Below the pieces are notes generated by a model. That model had not been told where the DNA came from, made no database searches, and worked only from the letters and a program-made list of their open reading frames with translations. DNA of 64,000 nucleotides from NCBI RefSeq assembly GCF_006345805.1, contig NW_021832601.1, positions 1 to 64,000 on the forward strand, read 5' to 3'. This stretch comes from Octopus sinensis. Taxonomy: Eukaryota. Numbering within the stretch: the stretch's first letter is position 1; every line of letters starts with the position of its first letter. The position numbers and the translations under genes are program-made. Shown here piece by piece: positions 10,619 to 22,230 of the stretch.

Positions 10619-13297
10619 ATGATTGTTTTCTTTATTTTGATTATTATATGTCATTCTCCAAAGTCTCGATTTACTATTTATGAAGAAAAACCTCCTGGAT
10701 CTTATGTTGGACAAATTTCTTTAAATTATCCCGACAATCACCATATTCCTTATCAACGAACAACTTATTCCCTAATGGAAAAAGCAGAATTTTTCCCATT
10801 TTCCATAGATATGAACACTGGAAAAATTTATACCAAAACAAAATTTGATTATGAAACTTTTTGTAAATCAGGATCAAACCTATGTGTGATTAAATCATTT
10901 GTTTTTGTTGAATCTACGAATGTTTCAAAAATAGTTCCAATTGAATTGATAATCCAAGATGTCAACGAATACTCACCTGATTTTGGAATAAAAGAAGTTG
11001 AAAAATCTATTGTAGAATGTTCCCCCATTGGATCTCGTGTCGTTCTCCCTTTAGCAGTCGATTTGGATGGAAGTTCTCAATACTGTATTAATGACTACAA
11101 ACTTCTCGCAGATGAAAATTTTCCTTTTAAATTAAAAATAACTCGAAGCCAAAGTCAGATTTCAAGAATTTATCTTGAACTGTTCGAGCCTCTGAATTTA
11201 AATAAGTTCAATAAATATTTTGGTTATGTCATTGCTCAGGATGGCGGGAACAAAACAGGAAAATTGAAAATTAAGATTTCAATATTTGATTGTGATTCAC
11301 ATAAACCAGTTTTTAGAAACTCACAAAAAAATGTGCATGTTTATGAAAATCTATCCATTGGATCAAAAATATCAGAATTCAACGCCTCAAATTTGTATGA
11401 AATAAAAAAAGTACCGATTTTTTATGAACAAAATTTTTTAAAAAACAGTGTTACTGCAAAAGAGCATCTAGGAATTGATGAAAACAGCGGAATTATATAT
11501 CTTAGAAAATCTTTAGATTTTGAAGAGGTAAAATTCTTCCAATTTTTTATTATTGCTTATCATGCAAACAATAAATTCGTTTATTCTGAGGCTATTCTCA
11601 ATTTATTCGTTCACAACTGTAATGACAACAGGCCTCAAATCGAAATTCAAGGAAAAATAAATAATGGTCTATTGTCATTAAATGAAAATACTCCAGTTGG
11701 AACAATTATTGCAAAAATTACGGTTTCTGATCTTGATGAAGAAGATATTTTTAATCTGACTTGTAATTACAGTGGTCCGGACTTTATTTCACTCAATAAA
11801 ATCAAAGACCAAATTAATGTGTTTTATTTAAAAACAGAACAAAGAATTGATTACGAAAAACAACATTTTTTATCTTGTGTGATTATATGTTCAGATAACA
11901 ACATAATTCAGCCATTAGAAACACTCAAAAACGTTTCAATTGCCATAATAGACGAAAATGATAATCCTCCAAAATTTGAAAAACAGTTATATTATTCTGA
12001 AATTTTTGAAAATTCACCTCCAAATACTTACATCTTATCCGTCAAAGCAACCGATGAGGATTCTGACCAACACGCTAAAATAACATACAAAATATATAAT
12101 GAACTGTTTTACATTTCGGAAGCTGGCGATATTTTTACAACCTCCTTTTTGGACCACGAAACGCATCCAGATATTGAGTTGATTGTTTATGCATACGATA
12201 TGAGTCATGATTTCCTATCTGACTCAGTAATGGTAAAGATAAAGGTTTTAGACGTTAATGATAATAATCCTGTTTTCCCATATACCAAAAATTATTTTCA
12301 TTTATCGGAAAATATGCCAGATGGTACTTTTGTAGGAAATGTGGTTGCATTTGATGTTGATTCTTCTTGTGATATTTTGAATTATTATATTGAGCCAGCT
12401 GATGTTCCATTCAGAATTGATTCTCATAATGGATTTATTTATTCAACTGAAATTTTGGATTCGGAAAAGATTTCAAAATATCAATTTAAAGTTGTCGCAA
12501 CCGATTGTGGACCAAATATTTTAAGTGCAAGTACCGATGTTGTTATTTTCATTGACGACGTTGAAGACAATCCAACAGTTCTTAAAATTTATGGAAATGG
12601 AAACAACATTATACATGAATCATTTATTGCTGATATTTGCACAGATAAAACAACAATTGCGACTGCAATTCTCGAAGACAAAGATTTGTCTCAAAAGTTA
12701 TATGCTACATACACCCTAAGTACGGATAGTCCCATGTTCACTATAAATAAACACACTGGAAAGATTAGGATTGAAAAAAAATTGAACAAGTACAACAATT
12801 CGATTTCTAAAATAACGATCTTTGCACATGACCAGGGAATTTTGTTTGAAAAATCTTTTAAAGTAATGATTAAAATAAATGAAACATGCTATAATATTAA
12901 CTGTGAGAACGAAACCAATAAAAATTTCATAAAAGCTTATCCGCATTTATATGGATGCCTGGGTGTTATTTTTTGTGGAATCATTGTCATTTTGATAATA
13001 TACAATAAACGAAGAAACACAATGAAATTACTTCCAAAACATAAACCACACGATAATCGAGAAATTGCATCAGAATTTTCTCCATTTCGCTGGTCTAATC
13101 CATCCCCGCTCTCCTACGATTTTTTGAAAGAAAATTCTATAATTCAAGACGAATTAAACAGCAATTATTCATTAGTTGACAACATAAAATTAATTTCCCA
13201 TGACGATTCGTGCAAATTATGTGATTTGATACGGCTGAATTCAAATTATGTTTTTATCAATTGTCATTGTAATCATGAATCGAACTCTAAGCGTTGA
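10619..13297 (+). CDS. Protocadherin-like protein, 892 aa, single exon: signal peptide, 7 cadherin repeats (last degenerate), TM helix, short cytoplasmic tail
   Basis: Repeated E.xP.G, DxD, LDxE/DYE and DxNDNxP motifs; Cys pair in EC1 (CKSGSNLC); PLAVDLD in EC2; hydrophobic LGVIFCGIIVILIIY. Confidence 0.9.
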   Translation: MIVFFILIIICHSPKSRFTIYEEKPPGSYVGQISLNYPDNHHIPYQRTTYSLMEKAEFFPFSIDMNTGKIYTKTKFDYETFCKSGSNLCVIKSFVFVESTNVSKIVPIELIIQDVNEYSPDFGIKEVEKSIVECSPIGSRVVLPLAVDLDGSSQYCINDYKLLADENFPFKLKITRSQSQISRIYLELFEPLNLNKFNKYFGYVIAQDGGNKTGKLKIKISIFDCDSHKPVFRNSQKNVHVYENLSIGSKISEFNASNLYEIKKVPIFYEQNFLKNSVTAKEHLGIDENSGIIYLRKSLDFEEVKFFQFFIIAYHANNKFVYSEAILNLFVHNCNDNRPQIEIQGKINNGLLSLNENTPVGTIIAKITVSDLDEEDIFNLTCNYSGPDFISLNKIKDQINVFYLKTEQRIDYEKQHFLSCVIICSDNNIIQPLETLKNVSIAIIDENDNPPKFEKQLYYSEIFENSPPNTYILSVKATDEDSDQHAKITYKIYNELFYISEAGDIFTTSFLDHETHPDIELIVYAYDMSHDFLSDSVMVKIKVLDVNDNNPVFPYTKNYFHLSENMPDGTFVGNVVAFDVDSSCDILNYYIEPADVPFRIDSHNGFIYSTEILDSEKISKYQFKVVATDCGPNILSASTDVVIFIDDVEDNPTVLKIYGNGNNIIHESFIADICTDKTTIATAILEDKDLSQKLYATYTLSTDSPMFTINKHTGKIRIEKKLNKYNNSISKITIFAHDQGILFEKSFKVMIKINETCYNINCENETNKNFIKAYPHLYGCLGVIFCGIIVILIIYNKRRNTMKLLPKHKPHDNREIASEFSPFRWSNPSPLSYDFLKENSIIQDELNSNYSLVDNIKLISHDDSCKLCDLIRLNSNYVFINCHCNHESNSKR

Positions 13298-13659
13298 TAA
13301 TCAAAATATATGAAATATGTCTGATCAAATGAAAAAATAATGATAGTTTATTGATTTTCATAATTAATAAAAATTCTGACTATTAGTTGACCAATATTTG
13401 CAGGATAGAAACGATGTCACCATTGAAAAAGTAAGGCGATGACCGTTGGTTTATGCACCAGTCTAAAAGTCTGTGCCATCTCATGTGTAATGGCATGGAA
13501 TGAACTGGTCACCAAATACCAAAAGGGTCATTTGAGATAAATCTTTACAGGCTTATATTTATTTAGCCCCATTCCCCCTGAATTGAGAGAGAATACGGCT
13601 CGATGAAAACCGACAGACCTCTTAGGGTTACACCACAAGTCAAGAATAAAGTTAATCTT

Positions 13660-14220
13660 GTATGATTTTCTTATGGCGGAAAGTTTTTTGGATTCCAGGA
13701 GAGATGTGTTACTGTATATAGTCCATCAAGGCAGATTGGACATGTCGGATCGACATCCTTTTTCAGTTTTTTATGGTAGTTGAGAAGTGAAGGATGGTGA
13801 AACCTTGCAAGTTCAACCCGATTTCTACGGCTGAGATCCTTTTCAGCTGTGTTTATTTTTGGAGGGGGATTGTTGATGATATTGTTTACAGTTAGTGCGT
13901 TCAGGTAGGACTTCGTTAGTAGTTGTTTTATGTCCAATGGTTTTTTGTTATTAAATGAGTTTAGGATACGACAGTAAAGTCCTGGCGTGTTTTCAATGTT
14001 CCTACGGGGTTGGTATTGTAGTGAGATTACGACTTGGATGGTTTTTGATCATATTCGCGATTTACTGATGCATATGGTCGGTCGGACTAGACTTCCTAAA
14101 ACTCGTAATGATTCTGGGTTATATGCAGTCAACTGTTCTAAAGAAAAGTCTGGAGAGTATCTCGTTTTTTGCTCGGCGATCCATTACTTTCCTGACACTT
14201 AGACAGCAAAATGCGCTCGA
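13660..14220 (-). mobile_element. APE-type LINE (I/Jockey group) 3' fragment
   Basis: PPPKINTAEKDLSRRNRVELARF..CPICL..H is homologous to LPPPINKIESSLSREARVNLARL in the LINE at 54507-55303. Confidence 0.7.
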
Positions 14221-14984
14221 CTAAAAGTATATATTAGTTGATCAATAGACTATTAATAAACTCCAAGTGAGAATTAATTAAATTATTTATTTTATTTAGC
14301 GTCACTTTATAATAATTAAAAAAAATTAAGATCCGAAAGACAATAAAAATAGATACCAAATTCCCACGGTTGTTTATAGAAAGACTTAAAAACGACAGAA
14401 AAAACTAACGGATAAATGTTAACATTGCTCTTTTATATGGGATCCAAGCCCGGGTCTCTACGAAGATACACGATCATCTCTACACCTGCTGTTTGTTCTA
14501 AAGGGTTACACATGAAATCTTTCACGCTAATTTTGAGCTGGTTGGATAATGCTTTGAGTAGGATAAATTATCTGTAAAAAAAATTTATTAAAATCAAACA
14601 AAAATAAACTGACAATTAATTAAAAATAACCTGCTAATGGAATTAAGTCGATTTATCCTATTTTTATCAATTTTTTGATTGAATAAATTTTACCAAAAGT
14701 CGGTAAAACAGACATCACCAATTTTTTAATCATTAGCGTATTTTATTGAATTCTACATTTTTTAGGTTTTTTGCAATTAAAAACAAGTACATTTTTAAAA
14801 TCAATTAATTCTATTATGAGGGAAAAGGGCACCTGCGGTTGCATGATGGAGTGTGGATTGCCGCGAACTACAGCTATTCCGATTTGCTGGAAAAATCATG
14901 ACACTTCCGAGGCTCCCAACGTCGCATAGTAGCTTTTCCTCAGACTTCTTTGATGAAAGATTTGTTAGAGAATAAGTTACCCCA

Positions 14985-16610
14985 GATGTTTCCACAGCGA
15001 TGGGGATAAAACGATACTGTTGTCCAAGATTAGCATATTAGGCAATCAAGCAAACAGCCGAAGATGCGATGTGGAATACACGATGTTTGTTTTTTAGGTG
15101 TCAACATACGTTGAATCCCAAACCAGAGATGAGATTTCCCGCAGGAGTAAGGAAAGGTGGTCATCCCATCGGGTCTGTTCCCATTTCCACGGAGCATTAT
15201 CTTGTGTAAGAGACCCACTGGCTCTAGCACTGAGGAGAAGCCTCAAGATAACATTGTTGAGAGCGGAGTCTCGAGGAACTCGCCCAGCACTTCGTTTGCA
15301 AGAGAGTGGGTGGACATCTTTGACGTCAACCGTTTTTCCACATCTGCAACAATGTTGTTCGCAGATGTCAAGTCCGAGTTTCAGTTCGGTACAGATGCGC
15401 ATGCAGTCATCCTTTAATAATGCTTTGAGGTCAGCAATTGACATGGTACAGCTCCATAGCATAAACAGGCGAGGCGATGTTGGTCGACTCATTGCAAAGT
15501 TGTCTGAGGTGGATTTTCAACGTAAATTGTCCAAGCTCCGTAGATATGATGTTTGGAGTGGGAATTTTAATCCTGATTACTTCCACAGCATACATCCATC
15601 TTCAAAAAGCTTGTCCAAAGAAGATTCTGGGATTTATGTGGAATCTCTAAAGATACCCATTGGCAGGATGGGTGAGAGGACAGAAAGGTCGGGAAGGCAA
15701 AGTCCAGAGAAAATCTCAGGCCAGCTCCGCCATAATTAAGCGGTAGTTTACATTAAGTCTACCAATCACAATCTCAACGTATTATCGATAGAATGCAATG
15801 TTTCATCTTGTATATAGCAGAACAAGCATCTCAGTAAGTATAATAATTTGATGACGTGGATGCAATTTTTGAGGAAGAAAAGACCGTGTAAAAGTCAAGT
15901 AGAGAGAGGCGTTCAGAAAACGTGACATTTCGGCACACTTAGCTCGAAGGCAGTTTTGCAATTCGAACTCCCCGAAAGGACACCCGATTAAATAAACATC
16001 ATTGAGGTGTGTTTGTTTTGTGCCTGCCAAGATTTCCGAAATATTCTCTATTACTAAGCCAAAGTCGAGACTAAGATATTTATGATCTCAGTTTTTTTGG
16101 TGTTGACTATCAGCTCCATTTTTGCCTGAGCAGGAACTTTAAATAACTTATCCAAGGCGACATCAACAAAGCCCCTAATAGTGGCATCGTCGAGGTACCA
16201 GAGATTGAAAGGTGTCTTAATAATACGAGCCAGCTTGTCGATCGACATATCAAATAGTAAAAGTCCAAGAGGGTCCACTTGTTGGACTCCAGTCCGGAAA
16301 CGGACAATGTGTTTGTCAAAGAGAAGCGAACTTTCAGACCCGTAAGCAAGATGAGCCAGTCTCATGATCTCAGGCGTACGCCGTGAGACGATTCCAACAA
16401 ACAGCCCCTCCTCAGACTGTTCAACGCGTTTAAGATATCTAACTTCACGGAGAAGGTATTTGGGGAATGCCTTGTGTCAGGTGAAAAAAAGTCCCTGTCG
16501 CGTGGACAGCGGCTTCACATCCTTTGGAAACAGCAACTCCCAGTTGAGCTGAAGATAATTTAGCAGCAACACGGGGACAGACTCTTCTGGCTGCAATTTT
16601 GCATGCGAGC
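14985..16610 (-). mobile_element. Degenerate CRE-clade non-LTR retrotransposon (RT, CCHC finger, RLE)
   Basis: QLGVAVSKGCEAAVHA; GVQQVDPLGLLLF; WYLDDAT; CRCGKTVDVKDVHPLSCKRSAGRVPRDSALN; EPVGL..RPDGMT. Many stops and frameshifts. Confidence 0.85.
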
Positions 16611-16611
16611 C

Positions 16612-17447
16612 TATCAAAAACCTCATCATCAAGGATATTCTTGATATGTTAGATTTTTAGATGAAAGGTTCTTGGAAGACCTAACCATTTTTTAGCTTGT
16701 ACTCTATTATTTGCTAATTTGAATACTTTAAAATCTGTTAGGATTTTTTACAATTCATCTGTATTTTGCTAGTTTGAAGTTAGTGCGTAAACACATAATA
16801 CCATTTTATTATTAAAATTTAGAAATTCGCTCCAAAATCTAAAATTTGATAAAAACAGTAATCTGGGTTTTGTAACCATCGACTAATGACATTGAAGAAT
16901 TCAATAATTTGTCAATAAATCAACTGCTAGTTTTTTTCAATTTAAAAAAACGTTAGTTTTCTTATTTAATATTGTACTTTATGTAAAGAATATCAAAGCT
17001 ACTTTAAAAATAAATTATAACTAAAGTACAAAATTTAGTACGAACATTGGAGTATTTAAGTAAATTTTCGATCAAATAATAAATTATGTGTTTATTCGCC
17101 ATATTCATTTGTGTTTTTGTTTTTAAAAGTTACCAGTCTCCAATATCATCGGATGATGCGGCAAATCAGATAGTCGGAAAATTAATTATTAATTTTATAG
17201 GTAGAACATGAAATTATATTTCCTAATTTAAACCCACTTAGTATTTATTAATTTTTCTATTGTTAGAGTCAGAATTTATCTTCAGACAAGGACCTCAAAG
17301 TAAGATAGAAAAACACAATTTCTATTTAGACGACCGCTTTTATGAAGATAATTATAGTGAAAATAATCATGTACGGTGATGAAAGTTACATGATTTTTAT
17401 ACTAAATCGATTCATCCTTTATTAATAAAAAAACTAATTAACTATTT
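16612..17447 (+). repeat. Dispersed repeat A, 836 bp, containing a cryptic multi-exon reading frame
   Basis: Near-identical to 30597-31432, with diverged copies at 1-345 (-) and about 57030-57175 (-). GT-AG introns at 17060-17129, 17173-17200, 17241-17266 and 17300-17329 join into a stop-free frame. Confidence 0.9.
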
Positions 17448-17481
17448 TTTTTACAATTAACGCTGAAATTGGCAAATACAG

Positions 17482-17711
17482 TAGTTATTAACTAACTAAA
17501 TTCCCGGCCTCGTAAATGGAAACACAGTTTCCACGTACTATAGCCAAGGAAATCCTTTCGAGAAGCCACTTGGACTCGCGTGGGTCTCCCCGTTTATGGG
17601 AAATCATGTGGCCAAGCTTTTTCAGAAAGGAAAGAGACTTTTCGCCGATGACGCCGGAAGTCTCGACGGCGATGGGAGTGAACAGATACCGTTCAGAGAG
17701 CTCCTTGTCGC
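17482..17711 (-). mobile_element. CRE retrotransposon 3' fragment
   Basis: [42 protein letters not shown]; almost identical to the part of 33667-34220 ending near 33895 and to 29740-29950. Confidence 0.9.
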
Positions 17712-17974
17712 GATGTCGTGTCTTATTTTGAAATGGCGATATCGTGTCTGACTTTTCAGAAAACAAAATATAGAAATAGACTACGGGTACAAGATGATAT
17801 AAGATTAGCTTTGTCAAACATAGATCCTGAAATAAGTAGAATTATTCTGAACAAACAAGAGCAGAAATCTCACTGAATTACTGCTAAATTGTCTGTTATT
17901 TTGGTAATTTTCGTGTTATTTTCATACAATAAATAGTCGAACATGTCTAACCTAAAAATTTTATTTTATTTTAG

Positions 17975-18039
17975 GTGATCCCCGCAAAATTTTATAGAGC
18001 AAAAGTGGTCCCCAGTCTAAAAAAGGTTGAGAACCTCTG
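17975..18039 (+). mobile_element. hAT 3' terminus remnant
   Basis: Ends in aaaaaggttgagaacctctg, a Charlie/Buster-type terminal sequence, with agtggtcccc subterminal motif. Confidence 0.55.
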
Positions 18040-18081
18040 ATATGGATTATATTAATTTTGTTTAATTAAAAAGTATATTAT

Positions 18082-19922
18082 TAGGGCAACCAAAAAATTG
18101 CACTTTTTAATAAAAAAAATTGCAAAAATGAATTTTAAAAATTGTAAAAAATTGCAAAAATAATTTTTTTTAATTGTAAACATTACATTATGCAAAAAAT
18201 TAACGAAATTATTTATTGTAATAGGAAATCAAATATTCCTGAACATTTTCAGGTTTAAAGTTCCTCTCTTTACTAAGAATTTTCGTCAAAAGAGATATTG
18301 CCCTTTCGATAGATGCTGAACTTGCGCTACATTTTCTGAGATGTGAATAAACTTCTGGCGATAGATTCTTATTTGAGAATTCAAGAATACTTAGTATTCC
18401 TGATTTCTCAAGCTTTTTTGATATATAGGATTTTATGTCGCATGGATCTGATGTAAAGTCTAGGGTGTTTAGATCACCATAAGCTGTTGCAATGGAGTAA
18501 TCAAGCAATTCAGTATTTGAAATCATTTCAATTAATCCCAAATAATTTGAACTGATTTGGGTTAAGCTTGGAAACAACGTAGGATTATTCACTGATTTTT
18601 TTGCCTAAAATAATTAAAAACTAAAACATTTTGTATTAAAACTCCATCTCCTTCAAATTCAGATACGATTTTAATAATTTCTGGAAGATTCTGGGAGTAA
18701 TATTTTGCTGCTTTTAGCCAGCTTCCCCATCTTGTAACCACAACTTCGGGTGGATTTCCGATTCGTGAAAACATCTCCAAACGTCTCTTGTTTTTGACTG
18801 TGGCAGCCTTTATAGACGAAATCAATTCATCAACATCTGCGAAGTATGCCTTAATCTTTAGAGCACAGTTGTGCAATAAATGTGACACGCAAGTCACGTG
18901 GAAAAGATTTTGGTATATCAATTTCATTGATGCCCCAGCTAAAATTAAATGTATTTATATATACCACTGGTCATATATCTCGCCCCATCTGTAACGAATA
19001 ATATAAAATTTTCACGTTCAATAGAAAATTTCTTTATTACTTGTCCACCTCAACACAAATTGTTGAAGTAGTAGGCGGATAATATAGATTGGTACACGAT
19101 ACTAAATGAAGATTTTTTGGAGTGGAGATTTTCCCAATCAAAGTAATTAAAAAACGAGTTCCATTGATTTGGGCTTCATCACAAACAAAAAAAACACATT
19201 CCCCACTATTGAATAACTTAAAAAAAACAACAGTAAATGAGTCTGAATGGTATTAATTTATATTTTGATATTTCTTAACATTTAACCTGCAAGATGATTC
19301 AGATGGCAAAGGATATGTTTCCTGCTCAAAAAGCCGTATGAGGGAAGGATGTCTGATTTTATAAATTGGTATGTTTGCCTCCAAAAACGCTTGTTTACTT
19401 TGATCCCCCAATCCTTCGAGTATCCGTTATCGCCGAAAGAAATGTTTGTGAACTCTGAGATGAATTTGTCCATTCTATAAATTTAAATTCAAAGAAAACT
19501 GTGTGCTTTTAAATGTTTTTTTGAAGAACGGTGCGCATCAACAAAAAATTTTGTGTCACACCGTACAACAGTTGAGCAATTGGAGCAAAATAAATTCCCT
19601 TCACTGTCAATAACAAACTCGGGGAATTTCTTTGCATAAAATGAAATTTTCTGTGACACTGTCCTTTTACCCATTACAACAAACACTAAAACACGTTTTA
19701 ATAATCTTTTACTTATAATTATATTATTTTTTAATAAAAAAATTTTTTTTTTAATTTAAAAAATTGCAAAAAATTGTAAAATGACTACAAAAAATTGCAA
19801 AAAATTGCAAATTTAAATCGAATAAAAATATAATTAAAATTAATGTCTATTCATTACTTTATTATTTATCGAATTTTAATTAAATTATATTTAATTGCAA
19901 AAAATTGCAATTGGTTGCCCTA
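18082..19922 (-). mobile_element. Complete hAT transposon (1841 bp) with CGGBP1-like zinc finger transposase; intron-containing and frameshifted
   Basis: 12-bp TIR TAGGGCAACCAA/TTGGTTGCCCTA; exact 8-bp TSD TATATTAT (18074-18081, 19923-19930); aaattgcaaaa subterminal repeats. Motifs FCSNCS..H..SKKH, FVTDGARYM, FHVTCVSHLLHNCA, TRWGSW and SASIERAIS. Confidence 0.92.
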
Positions 19923-19959
19923 TATATTATCAATTTTTTCAGATAGACTAGCTCGCTCT

Positions 19960-20170
19960 TCCTTTCGAGGCGCTGGCAGTCACTGGCGATGTTGTAGACA
20001 CATTTATTTGGTGATAAATCTTTTTTATTCTTTTGTCCGGTTCAAGCGTCCTTTCCCACGGTTCAACTCTGTTTCTATAAAAACCAATCGTGCTCTCAAT
20101 GGTTTTCTTTACAATAAGTGATTGAATGTATGCATGCGTTCTCTCACTGATGTTAAGCGAACGTCCTGTC
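19960..20170 (-). mobile_element. R4-like RLE retrotransposon C-terminal fragment
   Basis: Translation HAYIQSLIVKKTIEST is the same family end motif as at 9090-9370 and 39150-39640. Confidence 0.6.
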
Positions 20171-20296
20171 CAAATTTTTGATTTAAAAGCCTGATGATAT
20201 TAATTTTATTATTTAAAATTTTATAATTATATATTTGATTTAATAACGATCAAACTTTTTAATCGTTGTGGTTGTTCTAATAAATTTAATCTAAAC

Positions 20297-21360
20297 ATGG
20301 GTCTCATTAATAAAATAAAAAATCGAAAACTGTTCAAAGGTGAAGGACACAAACTTTCCGACGATCCAAAAATCCCTACAAGACCTCCCTCTCAAACATC
20401 ATCTGGAGTTCAGAATTTGGAAAAAAAACATCAAGGAATTGAATTTTACTTTAAGTAATTTACCTTTGATAAAAAATAAGATGTCCTGCTGTTTGTGACG
20501 AATCTTATAAATATGAAGAATTAATTGGAAAAATAACTGACTTCGTAACAAAAACATACGAAAACGAACCATTTATACGAAAATTAGTTCAAATAATTCT
20601 TCAAAGACGTAACTGTTCATTGCTCCAGACAACCTTTTCAACAATTCTCTCAAATATAATCAAAGATCCTGAAAATGATAAATTCAGAACTCTAAGAGCA
20701 AATAACCGTATGGTGGTTCAAGGAATCGGCGATTTTCCTCATGGATTTGAACTTTTGGAACTTGTCGGCTTCGAATTTGATGAAGAAACTTTAATTTACA
20801 ATCTGCCCCCATCAATTGACATTCAAAAAATCGAAAATCTTCAAACAGCAATGTCGACTAGTTTCGAGCTATATCGACCTTCAATTGATAGGGATTTGAA
20901 GGTTTATAGACCAGATTTTCAACTTGTTCAAACAACGGATCAAGCGGAAGTAACAACTTCTGATATCCGAGCAATGTATGCTTCTCGTCAAAAGCAACTA
21001 GAACAAATGGATACTTTGGTTTCTTCCAGTTTTTGGAAAAAAGACAAGACATATAAATATAGCAGAGTTCGTTTTATTTTACCAGACGAATGGCGTATTG
21101 AGTCCTCTTTTGAGTCTGTTGAAAGCTTAAGAACAGTTGCTAGTGTTTTGAGTGAACATGTGAACGATCAATGTAATGATGAATTTACATTCACGATTGG
21201 AAATCGGAGTATTTGTCCCGATATTTTTGATAAATCAATTTTGGAACTTGATTTGGGACAAGCTATTGCAATGAGAGTTCATTTTAGTTTGGATCGTGTG
21301 TCCTCGTTGGGGGAAGGTTTCCAATACTTAAAATCTCAGTCTATCGAGAGATTCTCTTAA
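20297..21360 (+). CDS. UBXN6: UBX domain protein 6 (PUB + UBX); exons 20297-20454 and 20481-21360
   Basis: N-terminal KLFKGEGHKL; FYFKCP after removing a 26-nt GT-AG intron; PUB domain (LSNIIKDPENDKFRTLR..GFELLELVGF); UBX domain (YSRVRFILPD..ESSF). Confidence 0.85.
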
Positions 21361-21559
21361 AAATTCAATTAATTTATTCTTGTTTAACCTCAAATCTTAA
21401 AACTTGTTTTAATTGTTAGTAATGCCTGAATCTCTAATTTTTGTTCCTTAATGTCGGGTTTTGCAATGCGATTCATGAATCTCAACTCTTTTGATCATTT
21501 TCTTTTAATCAAAGAATTGACAGAATAGCTAGTATTAACATCAGTCTGTGATATCTCGA

Positions 21560-22230
21560 TTTATTAATCATAAATGGTTTATTCCAACAATCTCCTGCAT
21601 CACCAGCTCTGTTCAATTAATTTAGTCACTATTGTGACCTCCCTATGTCAATGACTGTCAAATCATCTTTTATGCAGATGATATCATTCAGTCGCAAAGA
21701 ACTACCAGCCTGCAATACAGATAGTAAACAAATGACGCACAAACTTTCCAATTGAATTTCCCAATAATATCTTGACCTATGACGTTTGCCTCGCAGGAAA
21801 CGGTTCATCTCCTACATGTCTGTAATCACATTTATTTGAACCAAGAACAGCGCCAAAGCCATAAAACAAAATTAGTTCGGTGATTACAACAATCTTACAA
21901 CTAAACTATCGAGATTAAACTTTTAAATGCCTTTCTTAGTTCATGCACGGAATACAACAACCCTGGTTTAGCACTATATACAAACAATATGTCGAGCCCT
22001 CCATTGTTCTGGTTGCGGTGCATGAATATCACATCTGACCACAAAAAATCTAAAAAATCTCGAATCTACAGCGGAAGGCTGCAAAGTCTATCTTCAGTTT
22101 CACTGAACAGCTTATAGGGCCAACTGCTTTATAAACGCTTGTAGAGACGACGGGTTCATGTTAAAACATGCTGGCCCAGACTCTTGGATCCTTATCCAAT
22201 CAGAAGAGCGTCGGATGCCTACCTGAACAC
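21560..22230 (+). mobile_element. Degenerate LINE reverse transcriptase remnant
   Basis: PQQSPASPALFN and FYADDI motifs with many lesions. Confidence 0.6.

Noticed and set aside
15098-15739. 213-aa ORF on the + strand
   Set aside because: Antisense to the CRE zinc-finger/endonuclease region; no recognisable motif.
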